Source: a candidate division FCPU426 bacterium (GTDB lineage: Bacteria; Oederibacteriota; Muellerivitia; Muellerivitales; Muellerivitaceae). From it: a stretch of DNA of 64,000 bases. A model generated the notes under the pieces. It was not told the DNA's origin. It worked only from the letters and a program-made list of their open reading frames with translations, and did not search any database. The stretch spans positions 32,001 to 96,000 of the forward strand of contig CAVTWJ010000021.1 of NCBI GenBank assembly GCA_963738405.1, in the 5' to 3' direction. Both the position numbers and the translations under genes were made by a program. Positions 20,164 through 28,367 of this stretch are shown in pieces (within the stretch, counting starts at the first letter, position 1; every line of letters begins with the position of its first letter).

Positions 20164-20817
20164 ATGAATATCACCTTAAAAGAAGTCCAAGAAAAAGCAA
20201 CTTCCTCCCCCCAGGAAATCCGGGAACTAATCTGCGAGCTTTGCCGCAATTTCTACCAATTAGGCTGGGCTTCCGGCACCGGCGGCGGCATTTCGGTGCG
20301 CGAGGGCGACAAGATTTACATGGCCCCTAGCTCTGTCCAAAAAGAACGTTTAATACCTCAGGATATTTTTGTTCTCGACCTGGAAGGCCAGGTGGTACAG
20401 GAACCTGGCGGTGACCTGAAGCTTTCCCAATGCGCCCCCCTTTTCATGCACGCCTACAAACAGCGCAACGCCGGGGCGGTACTTCACAGCCATTCCCTCA
20501 ACGCCGTCATGGCCACCGAGCTTTTCGACAAACAGTTCAGCGTCCACAACCTGGAAATGCAAAAGGGAGTGGAAGGCTACGGGGCCTTTGACACCGTGGA
20601 AGTGCCGATTATTGACAATACCGCTTACGAATGCGACCTGGCCGATTCCTTGGGCGAGGCTATCCGCAACAACCCCAGGTCCCACGCCATTCTGGTTCGC
20701 AACCACGGGGTCTATGTCTGGGGGAAGGACTGGAAACAGGCCAAGACCCATGCCGAATGCTACGACTACCTCTTCGCCGCCTCTGCCCGCAGAAAACAAC
20801 TGGGGATCGCCCTATAA
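20164..20817 (+). CDS. mtnB: Methylthioribulose-1-phosphate dehydratase
   Basis: GWASGTGGGIS, AVLHSHS, RNHGVYVWG, ECYDYLF; adjacent to mtnD. Confidence 0.92.
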   Translation: MNITLKEVQEKATSSPQEIRELICELCRNFYQLGWASGTGGGISVREGDKIYMAPSSVQKERLIPQDIFVLDLEGQVVQEPGGDLKLSQCAPLFMHAYKQRNAGAVLHSHSLNAVMATELFDKQFSVHNLEMQKGVEGYGAFDTVEVPIIDNTAYECDLADSLGEAIRNNPRSHAILVRNHGVYVWGKDWKQAKTHAECYDYLFAASARRKQLGIAL

Positions 20818-20899
20818 TCCTTTAACATCGGAGGTTTGGAGGGCCGCCAAATCTTTACCAACCATTTAAAATATCAATCAGTTAGTAAGGGGAGGAATC

Positions 20900-21367
20900 A
20901 TGAAAGCCATTTGGATCGATACGAATAAAGAAATTACCGCCGAGGAGCTCAACGCCCAGGGCGTGACTTACGAGCAGTTCGAAACCGACGAAACCAAATA
21001 CAAGGGGCCTCTGGAGGCCCTCATGAAAGAACGCGGCTATGTCACCATGGACCAGGTGAAGATGTGGCCCGAGATGCCCAACTTCGACGCCCTCTGCCAA
21101 AAGTTCGTGGGCGAGCACCTGCACACCGACGACGAAGTCCGCTTCCTTTTGGGCGGCTCGGGAGTCTTTGAAATCCGAAGCCTCGACGACCGCTGGATGA
21201 AGGTCACGGTCGAACCCAGCGACTTCATATTGGTTCCCGCCAACCGTTTCCACCGCTTTTATCTGACCGAAGAAAAGAACATCCATTGCGTCCGGCTCTT
21301 CAAGGACCAATCGGGCTGGACCCCCCTCTACCGCAAGGACTTGGAAGCGGCGGGCGCCACCACATAA
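20900..21367 (+). CDS. mtnD: Acireductone dioxygenase
   Basis: EHLHTDDEVRF...G.G.F, VPANRFHRF, RLF...GW. Confidence 0.92.
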   Translation: MKAIWIDTNKEITAEELNAQGVTYEQFETDETKYKGPLEALMKERGYVTMDQVKMWPEMPNFDALCQKFVGEHLHTDDEVRFLLGGSGVFEIRSLDDRWMKVTVEPSDFILVPANRFHRFYLTEEKNIHCVRLFKDQSGWTPLYRKDLEAAGATT

Positions 21368-21386
21368 GGTTGTCTTCGGTTCAACG

Positions 21387-21417
21387 AAGGGGCGGGATCA
21401 TTCCCGCCCCTTTTTTT
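21387..21417 (+). terminator. Intrinsic terminator after mtnD
   Basis: AAGGGGCGGGA-tcat-TCCCGCCCC-T7. Confidence 0.85.
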
Positions 21418-21490
21418 GTGTCCCTAATCCCTACTCCAATTGAAGTGGCTATAATGACCGGGCTTTCACCAACTTCTCTTTCGGGGTGCT

Positions 21491-22030
21491 ATGCCGGAGT
21501 TTATTTTAACGCCTGAAAAAAAAACGCTTCCTCAAGCCCCTTCCCTTCTGGATCAAATCCATAAATTGGGATTTCCGGTCGAAATCAATGTGAAGGGAAA
21601 GCCGGAAAACTGGGAATCCCTTCGTTTTTATGAACCCGGTCCCCCAGAAATTGAATGCCATGTGATTTACGATGCCGAGGAAGGCCGGTACGTCCTTCAG
21701 GTATCTTCCGACTCCCCGACCGAGGCCTATGACCTTCAACTTTCTCTCGTGGAAATTCTTCTTAAAAACCTTGGCGGCCAGGTGGATAACCGCTTCACCC
21801 GCGAGAGATTTTCCGCCGCCGAATTCATCAAAAAAATGGCTCATCACCGGGGCTCCCTAAGCGCTCACTGGGATATCCTCTGGCTGGTCTTTTCCTGGGC
21901 GGTCGTCTTTTTCGGAATTTTTCTTTGTTTCTCAGTCCACCCCGGCATGCAGGGGGCCGTGGTTTCCATCGTGGTATTGGCACTGATAAGCGCCGCAGGT
22001 TTAACCTACACCCGATTTAAAAGCAAATGA
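21491..22030 (+). CDS. Hypothetical protein with two C-terminal TMs
   Basis: 179-aa ORF; ATGA overlap with queG. Confidence 0.65.
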   Translation: MPEFILTPEKKTLPQAPSLLDQIHKLGFPVEINVKGKPENWESLRFYEPGPPEIECHVIYDAEEGRYVLQVSSDSPTEAYDLQLSLVEILLKNLGGQVDNRFTRERFSAAEFIKKMAHHRGSLSAHWDILWLVFSWAVVFFGIFLCFSVHPGMQGAVVSIVVLALISAAGLTYTRFKSK

Positions 22031-22941
22031 CCCCGGCGGAAACCACCCGCCTTTTGAAACAGAAAGCCACCGAACTTGGGTTCGAGCTTTCCGGCGCGGC
22101 CCCCGCCCTTCCCTCCCCTAATTTTGCCTATTACCTGGATTGGCTCGCCAAGGGCTACGCGGGTGAAATGGGCTATCTGGAACGCCGAAAGGCCGAACGC
22201 GGCGATCCCCAATTGGTTCTCCCAGGCGCCAAATCGTTTTTTTGTGTGGGCCTTAGCTACAACCCCCAACCTGAACATTACCCCCTGTTAGAGAAACATC
22301 CCATTTCCTGTTACGCCTGGGGACAGGATTACCACAAGGTTTTGGGTGAAAAGTTAAAAGCTCTGAGGGATTACCTTTGCGAAACCCTCTGCCCCGGCGC
22401 CCAGGCCAAGTGGTATGTGGATACCGGACCAGTTTTGGAGCGTAGCTTCGCCGCCCAGGCGGGCTTGGGTTGGATCGGCAAGAACACCCTGCTCTTAAAC
22501 CGCAAGTTCGGGTCTCTTTTGTTTTTGGGAGAAATCCTAACGGATGTTGAACTGACCTATGACGAACCCGTCGATAACCTTTGCAAAACCTGCACTTCCT
22601 GCCTGGATGCCTGCCCGGTTGGTGCTTTGGAAGAGGCTGGTGTCTTAAACGCAAACAAATGCATCAGCTACCTCACCCTCGAACATCGTTCGGATTTTAA
22701 AGGTCATGTGGACCTGCACGGCTATCTGGCCGGTTGTGACCTCTGCCAAACCGTTTGCCCCTACAACGCCAATGCCCCGGCGGGACGAGAGGAAGCCTTT
22801 GCTCCCCGGCCTGAAATTCTGGAGTTAACGAAGGAGAAAGCCTCTCAAATGGTCGAAGAGGATTTTAAGAAATTCATTGAGAAGAGTGCGTTGGAAAGAA
22901 TTAAATATCCAATGTGGAAAAGAAATACGAATTCAGGATAG
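22027..22941 (+). CDS. queG: tRNA epoxyqueuosine reductase
   Basis: YAWGQDYH, VDTGPVLER, GLGWIGKN, CKTCTSCLDACP, CISYLT, GCDLCQTVCP. Confidence 0.93.
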   Translation: MTPAETTRLLKQKATELGFELSGAAPALPSPNFAYYLDWLAKGYAGEMGYLERRKAERGDPQLVLPGAKSFFCVGLSYNPQPEHYPLLEKHPISCYAWGQDYHKVLGEKLKALRDYLCETLCPGAQAKWYVDTGPVLERSFAAQAGLGWIGKNTLLLNRKFGSLLFLGEILTDVELTYDEPVDNLCKTCTSCLDACPVGALEEAGVLNANKCISYLTLEHRSDFKGHVDLHGYLAGCDLCQTVCPYNANAPAGREEAFAPRPEILELTKEKASQMVEEDFKKFIEKSALERIKYPMWKRNTNSG

Positions 22942-23024
22942 AACGCCAAAGATTGTCCTATCTGGATCCCCATAGTGGACAATCCCAAATTAAATTTAAG
23001 CAGTTTATGAGGTTGGTTTCCTTT

Positions 23025-23552
23025 TCAGCCCGCAACCTCTTTCAAGAGTGCCAAAATCTTGCCTTCGCCATCTCGGTTCGAAACCCTGTCGAATACAAAC
23101 ATAAAAACTGTAAAGAGAGTCAGTATCAACTCGAAAATTGAATATGGAACCCACTCAATCGTTTGGTGACTCAACCCTGGCAATTGAAGAAAGCTTTTTG
23201 CCAATACAAACAGAAAAAGTCCTAACGCAATAAAAGCTAGTAACCAAATGGGGAAAGCGGGTCCAGGCAAACATCCATAAATGCGGCTTCCTTTACCCCG
23301 GTTTTCGATCTTACCCCGAATGGTTATTTTCCCTGCCCCACGAGAGAAAAGTGAAGAAAGTGGGGTAAAAGATATTTTGAAACTTCCGTTTTCCACATTC
23401 CCAACGAGTTTCTCGTAATAGGGCAGTAAATGGAACGTCGGCTCTTTGATGATTCGACTCGACAATTCATGCTCGATTTTTTCTGGAGAATCGGAACTGT
23501 TTATTTCAAAGGGCCGCCATAAAAATATTTTGATTCGTGTCAAAAAAGGCAT
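23025..23552 (-). CDS. Hypothetical membrane protein (AT-richer)
   Basis: 175-aa ORF with two TMs. Confidence 0.6.
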   Translation of the reverse strand: MPFLTRIKIFLWRPFEINSSDSPEKIEHELSSRIIKEPTFHLLPYYEKLVGNVENGSFKISFTPLSSLFSRGAGKITIRGKIENRGKGSRIYGCLPGPAFPIWLLAFIALGLFLFVLAKSFLQLPGLSHQTIEWVPYSIFELILTLFTVFMFVFDRVSNRDGEGKILALLKEVAG

Positions 23553-23620
23553 ATCAACACCTCAATGAGCATTTAATTTTCTTGTCCAAACCGGGGACCC
23601 GTCGGGGACAATTAATTCTA

Positions 23621-24406
23621 TTACTCTGGCATATCAATCTTAGGAATACTGCTTTCCGGCACATGATGCATGCCGTGGGCACCAGCTTTGCGAATGGTTT
23701 CAAAAAAAAGCCCGAAATCTTCTTTCAGTTTTGAAATATCCAACCCCAAATAGGTTTCAGGAAGCTGATTCCATTTATCCAAAGCCTTCTCATACATCCC
23801 CATGGCGCCGGGCCAGTTGCCGTTCTTGTAGTGGTGAACGCCCACGGCGACTTGAATAATTGCTTGATAGTGCAACTTATCCAAACCCTCCACCTTCATC
23901 CAAATATCCTCAATCATTTCATGGCATTCGAAATAGAACCCACCGTTGAATAGGCGTATTCCCTCCAGGTATTCATGAAGGTATTTAGAATTCTCATCGG
24001 CTTCCCAATCCTTTTTCATGACTTCCTCAATCAGGGTCTGGTCCGCCTCGGGGAAGTTGTATTTGGAAAGATCATCGGGCTTCACCCAGGCAAAATCGGC
24101 CACCTCGATCTTCTGGGGAACCCCGCTTTTGATTCCGCAAAGGAAGATGTTCAGGCGCACCGCGCGGTTGGGATACTGGTAATTGACGATCTTGTAGAAC
24201 TTGCGGATGAAAACTTCAATGCCCAGTTCTTCCTTCAGTTCCCGCACCACGCATTGTTCCAGCGATTCGTTGGGTTCTTTCTTGCCGCCGGGCAGTTCCC
24301 AGAAGCCCCCGAAAGAATCCTCGGGGCGTCTTTGGGTGATGAGATAAAGCCCATTCTCATAGATTAGGGCCGCGCCGACTTCGAGGGGGGATTGAGGGAA
24401 ATTCAT
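23621..24406 (-). CDS. NUDIX hydrolase (MutT/NudG-like) fused to a DUF309-like domain
   Basis: WELPGGKKEPNESLEQCVVRELKEELG Nudix box; C-terminal G..LFN.G.YFECHE..E..W, IQVAVGVHH. Confidence 0.85.
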   Translation of the reverse strand: MNFPQSPLEVGAALIYENGLYLITQRRPEDSFGGFWELPGGKKEPNESLEQCVVRELKEELGIEVFIRKFYKIVNYQYPNRAVRLNIFLCGIKSGVPQKIEVADFAWVKPDDLSKYNFPEADQTLIEEVMKKDWEADENSKYLHEYLEGIRLFNGGFYFECHEMIEDIWMKVEGLDKLHYQAIIQVAVGVHHYKNGNWPGAMGMYEKALDKWNQLPETYLGLDISKLKEDFGLFFETIRKAGAHGMHHVPESSIPKIDMPE

Positions 24407-24460
24407 AGGGGAAATGTACCTGAAAATCGCTAATGAACCAACAAAGGAAACATCTAAATA

Positions 24461-24485
24461 TTCACCACCAAGGCACCAAGAACGG
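24461..24485 (+). repeat. Copy of the TTCACCACCAAGRCACCAAGAACGG short repeat
   Basis: Matches 10939-10963 (reverse complement) and the left arm at 19996. Confidence 0.75.
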
Positions 24486-24515
24486 GATTAGATTATTTTA
24501 AAACCCCTATAAGGT

Positions 24516-24902
24516 TTATTTTGGTTTTACTTGGCGCCTTGGGGGTAAAGATTGCTTTTTCTTTCTGGCTCGCCTTTTCCTCTTCTTCGGTTTTTGGGTT
24601 TTCTGAAAGGGCATTTTGCCTTTTGTATCCGGCGGAGGAAGAGTTTCCCCGCCGATCAGGCGGATCTTTCGGGCCTTGGGGACCTTTTTAACCTGGTATT
24701 CACGCCGAAGGGCCGTGGAATAGTCACCCTGGGGTTCCTGGAAGATCAGCCGAACCGGCCCATGGGCGGCGGTATATTTGCTTCCCTTGCCCGAATTATG
24801 GGTCTCGATGCGCTTTTCAACGTCCTTGGCGATGCCGGTGTAATAGGTGCCATCGGCGCATTCGGCGATGTAAAGGCTCCACTCTTCCTTGGGGTTCTTC
24901 AC
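24516..24902 (-). CDS. Small GIY-YIG nuclease (YhbQ/YazA-like) with a basic tail
   Basis: LYIAECADGTYYTG....KRI..HN.GKG.KYT, ALRRE..VK. Confidence 0.85.
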   Translation of the reverse strand: MKNPKEEWSLYIAECADGTYYTGIAKDVEKRIETHNSGKGSKYTAAHGPVRLIFQEPQGDYSTALRREYQVKKVPKARKIRLIGGETLPPPDTKGKMPFQKTQKPKKRKRRARKKKQSLPPRRQVKPK

Positions 24903-24909
24903 CGGCCCC

Positions 24910-25743
24910 TCAGTTCACAAACACGATCTCGCCGACCGGGGGAATGAGCTTCATCTTTTCGCCCTCACCCAGGAAAAGCTTCACGGCCTTCTTACCCTCT
25001 TCCCCCATATCCACTGTGCGATCATTGACCCACATGCCGACGAACTTGTCTGCCACTTCCCGCGAAAGGCCCCGGCCGAAACCGAGGGCGTAATCCAGCG
25101 CTTCGTCACGGTGCGCCAGGGAATATTCGATCGATTGCTTGAGGTGCCTGGAAACCTTAGCCTTCACATCGGGGGCCAAGTCCTTGCGGATGGCATTTAA
25201 GCCCATGGGAAGCACCATGCCGGTCTTTTGAAACCACCATTCGCCCAGTTCTAATATTTTGTGCAGGCCCTTTTCGTGGTAGGTCAGCTGGCCCTCGTGG
25301 ATCAGCAATCCCGCCTCCACCGTTCCCTTCACCACCTCATCCATGATGTGATCAAAATCCACGACCACTTCCACGAAATCGGGCAGGCAAAGCCTCAGGG
25401 CCAAGTAAGCGCTGGTCAATTTTCCAGGCACCGCGATTTTCCGGCCCTTGAGCTGGTCGATGGTCATGGCTTCGGTGGCCACCACCATGGGGCCGTAGTT
25501 GCGGCCGATGGAACCACCGTGGGTCAAGACATCGTACTTGTCCTTCACATAGGCGTAAGCGTGGGCCGAAATGGCCGTGACTTCCATGCGCCCTTCCCGG
25601 GCCCAGTCGTTGAGGGTCTGGATGTCTTTCAAAACATGTTCATATTCGATGCCCTCGGTGTCCAGCTTGCCCTTGGCGAGGCCATAAAACATGAAGGCGT
25701 CGTCGGCGTCGGGGCTGTGGGCGAGGCGGATGCGGGTGGTCAT
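24910..25743 (-). CDS. mqnD: 1,4-dihydroxy-6-naphthoate synthase, futalosine menaquinone pathway (start moved to ATG 25743)
   Basis: LAHSPDADDAFMF, DIQTLN, VPGKLTSA, GLLIHEGQLTY, LPMG, WVN. Confidence 0.88.
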   Translation of the reverse strand: MTTRIRLAHSPDADDAFMFYGLAKGKLDTEGIEYEHVLKDIQTLNDWAREGRMEVTAISAHAYAYVKDKYDVLTHGGSIGRNYGPMVVATEAMTIDQLKGRKIAVPGKLTSAYLALRLCLPDFVEVVVDFDHIMDEVVKGTVEAGLLIHEGQLTYHEKGLHKILELGEWWFQKTGMVLPMGLNAIRKDLAPDVKAKVSRHLKQSIEYSLAHRDEALDYALGFGRGLSREVADKFVGMWVNDRTVDMGEEGKKAVKLFLGEGEKMKLIPPVGEIVFVN

Positions 25744-25838
25744 GAAAATCCCTTTCAAATGATTCGGAATGGCTTGTTTATTTTTCATCTTCCCGGCAGG
25801 GAGCGGTTTTTTCAACCGGAATCATGGGAGGGGGACAT

Positions 25839-25873
25839 AAAAAAAGGCTCCGGGTCCCTGGTCCCGGAGCCTA
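25839..25873 (-). terminator. Intrinsic terminator after the stalked cupredoxin gene
   Basis: Minus strand AGGCTCCGGG-accaggga-CCCGGAGCC-T7. Confidence 0.85.
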
Positions 25874-25891
25874 TACGAAGACGAGAAAAGG

Positions 25892-27547
25892 TCAATTAAC
25901 CGTAATGGTGCCCGCCATGGCCGTGCAATTGGTGGAGCCGCAAGCGTTCGTGCTGCAGGTCCTCGCGTGATTACCGCAATGGAAATAATAGATTCCTGTG
26001 GCAGGAAAGACATAGGTTATAGGGCCGCTCGTGGTTCCGCCCGTCACGAGGCAGGTCACGGAACCGTTGTCAAACCACAAGGGATGGGTGCCGTTGGCGG
26101 GCAAAATAATCGTATCGCCCACATGGGCCGTTAGGGTCAAGGACCCTCCGGTCGCCGTGGTTCCCCCGCTTGCCGTATAAATAAAGCCGCTGGCGGAAAT
26201 GCCGGTAGAAACCGACGCGGTGGAAACCGTGATAGTCACGGGTGCGGCGGTCGAGGTAATGGTTGGGGTAAAAGTTTTGGTCAAAGTCATGGTCGCGGTA
26301 AAGGTGGAGGTGGGCGTACCCGTAGTGGTTGGCGTGTTGGTAATAGTGGGACTATTGGTGGCCGTGACGGTCAAAGTGGCGGTGGGGGTGTTGGAGGGGG
26401 TCGAGGTTGGGGTTTTCGTCGAACTATTGGTAGTGGTTGCCGTGGCAGTGGCGGTGGAGGTTGCCGTCGGGCTGTTGGTAGGTGTGGATGTCTGGGTTTG
26501 CGTCGGCGTATTGGAAGGGGTGGAGGTGGCTGTAGCCGTGGAGGTCGTCGTTGGACTGTTAGTAGGCGTCGAAGAAGAAGTTGCCGTTCCCGTTACCGTG
26601 GCTGTAAAGGTGGCTGTTCGAGTGGAAGTCTCCGTCGGACTGTTCGAGGGTGTGGCGGTTCCGGTTTGAGTGGAGGTATTAGAAGGGGTGGAGGTAGGGG
26701 TGTTTGTAGCGGTCACGGTGGGGCTGTTCGTGGATGTAGCCGTGGACGTAACCGTTGAAGTCACAGTGAGAGTAAAGGTTCCGGTAAAGGTGGCTGTCAC
26801 AGTCGGGCTATTCGTGGGCGTGGGGGTAAAGCTGGTGGTAGGGCTGTTCGTCGGGGTGGAGGTTGAGGTGGGGGTTGGGCTATTCGTGGAGGTTGAAGTT
26901 TGGGTGGTCGTGGAGGTGACCGTTGGGCTGTTGGTGGGAGTCGGAGAAAAGCTTGGCGTGGGCGTATAGGATGGAGTGGAGGTAATCGTCGGCGTGGCGG
27001 TATCGGTGGGGGTTCCGGTATAGGTCAGGCTGGGGGTGGGGGTAGGTGAAAGGGTATCCGTCGGGGAGGGGGTCGCGGTCGGGGTATCCGAGGGGGTAAA
27101 GCTGTTGGTGGATGTTGGGGTAGGGGTGGGACTATTAGTAATAGTCGGTGTATCGGTCGGGAGGGGGGTATTTGTGGAGGTGAGTGTGGGTGTTGAAGTT
27201 AAAGTGTTGGTAATCGTGGGGGAGAAAGTGGAAGTTCCCGTTGGGGTAGAAGTTGAGGTGGGAGTGGGACTATTGGATGCCGTGGGACTGGAAGTAGGTG
27301 TCGAACTGAAAACCGCAGTATGGGTCGCGGTTCCCGTGGGGGTAGGGCTAGAAGTAGGAGTGTTTGTGGAAGCCAAAGTGGAGGTGGATGTCGGGGTCGA
27401 AGTGGAGGTTCCAGTGACAGGCGTGGCGGTGGGATTGGAATTGTTCGGGGGGCTCGTGGGAGATGATTCTGAGGGACGGGAACAGGAAATAGCGGTTAGA
27501 CCACCCACCCATAGAACCAAAAATGTAAAGGCAACCCTGAAACGCAC
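25892..27547 (-). CDS. Lipoprotein with a long Thr/Ser/Pro stalk and a C-terminal cupredoxin-like domain (start GTG 27547)
   Basis: SD GGAGG; signal [22 protein letters not shown]; ~420 aa (x-T)n; VGDTI..HPL..Y.F...G.YYFHC..H...M.G.ITV. Confidence 0.75.
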   Translation of the reverse strand: MRFRVAFTFLVLWVGGLTAISCSRPSESSPTSPPNNSNPTATPVTGTSTSTPTSTSTLASTNTPTSSPTPTGTATHTAVFSSTPTSSPTASNSPTPTSTSTPTGTSTFSPTITNTLTSTPTLTSTNTPLPTDTPTITNSPTPTPTSTNSFTPSDTPTATPSPTDTLSPTPTPSLTYTGTPTDTATPTITSTPSYTPTPSFSPTPTNSPTVTSTTTQTSTSTNSPTPTSTSTPTNSPTTSFTPTPTNSPTVTATFTGTFTLTVTSTVTSTATSTNSPTVTATNTPTSTPSNTSTQTGTATPSNSPTETSTRTATFTATVTGTATSSSTPTNSPTTTSTATATSTPSNTPTQTQTSTPTNSPTATSTATATATTTNSSTKTPTSTPSNTPTATLTVTATNSPTITNTPTTTGTPTSTFTATMTLTKTFTPTITSTAAPVTITVSTASVSTGISASGFIYTASGGTTATGGSLTLTAHVGDTIILPANGTHPLWFDNGSVTCLVTGGTTSGPITYVFPATGIYYFHCGNHARTCSTNACGSTNCTAMAGTITVN

Positions 27548-27636
27548 TTCATCCTCCCCCAACAACCCATAGGTCTAACATTTGGCTCTATTGACTAGAG
27601 GGGGGGCAAGGGAAGGGTTACCTAACCTAAAACAAA

Positions 27637-28365
27637 TTAATTGGCGGAAAGGGGGTCCAAAATGGCCGAAAGTACCCTTGGTTTATCGGTCAAATCCCTA
27701 AAAACAAAGTCGGGGGATTCGGCTTGAAGCTGTTCCAGGGTGTAATTACTGCTCGCGACCGCAAGGGTACGGACCCCCAGGGGCCTCCCGCAAAGCACAT
27801 CGTTGGGGGTATCACCAATGATCACGATCTCTTTCCCCTTAAAATCCTGTCCCGTTAGACGTTTGGCTTCGGCCACGGCCCGGGGCGGCAGATCGGCCCG
27901 GTTTCGGGTTCCATCGCCAAAGGCCCCGAAAGAAAAATAGTGGTTCAGCTTATGGGTTTCCAGCTTCCACCGGGCGCCTTCCTCGAAATTGCCGGTCAGT
28001 AAACCCAACAACAGTTCTTTCCGGGGTTCCAATTCGGCCAGCAGTTCCTTCACACCGGGCTTCAACTGTACATGCTGGGGGCCCTTCACCCTTTCCTTCA
28101 GGCTTCTCAAGTATCTTTTCTGTATGACGGGCAGGGCCTTGGCAAAATCCTCTTCCGAAACATTATTGCCATCCAGAAGTTCCCAAATGATTTGCGGGTC
28201 GGTTTTTCCCCCCGCCCGATACCGGGAGGCGTCCACCTTCACAGGGATATTCATTTCCCTAAAGGAAACCTCGATGGAACTGGTGAAGGGCTCTTCCCAA
28301 CCCTTGCGGTAGGTGCTGAGAAGCGTTCCGTCGATATCGAAAAGGACCAGCCTGGTAGGAGTCAT
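27637..28365 (-). CDS. HAD-superfamily hydrolase (start ATG 28365)
   Basis: LFDIDGTL, LLTGN, GAFGD, IGDTPND. Confidence 0.85.
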   Translation of the reverse strand: MTPTRLVLFDIDGTLLSTYRKGWEEPFTSSIEVSFREMNIPVKVDASRYRAGGKTDPQIIWELLDGNNVSEEDFAKALPVIQKRYLRSLKERVKGPQHVQLKPGVKELLAELEPRKELLLGLLTGNFEEGARWKLETHKLNHYFSFGAFGDGTRNRADLPPRAVAEAKRLTGQDFKGKEIVIIGDTPNDVLCGRPLGVRTLAVASSNYTLEQLQAESPDFVFRDLTDKPRVLSAILDPLSAN

Positions 28366-28367
28366 AA

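Noticed and set aside
24516..24902. GIY-YIG as a homing endonuclease or mobile element
   Set aside because: Short YhbQ-type housekeeping form, directly downstream of mqnD, with no intron or IS ends
26250..27460. Repetitive DNA as a possible CRISPR array or VNTR
   Set aside because: No identical repeats with unique spacers; the repetition is at protein level with diverged codons
26199..27572. Val/Gly/Glu-rich plus-strand ORFs
   Set aside because: They are antisense shadows of the Thr/Pro/Ser stalk codons
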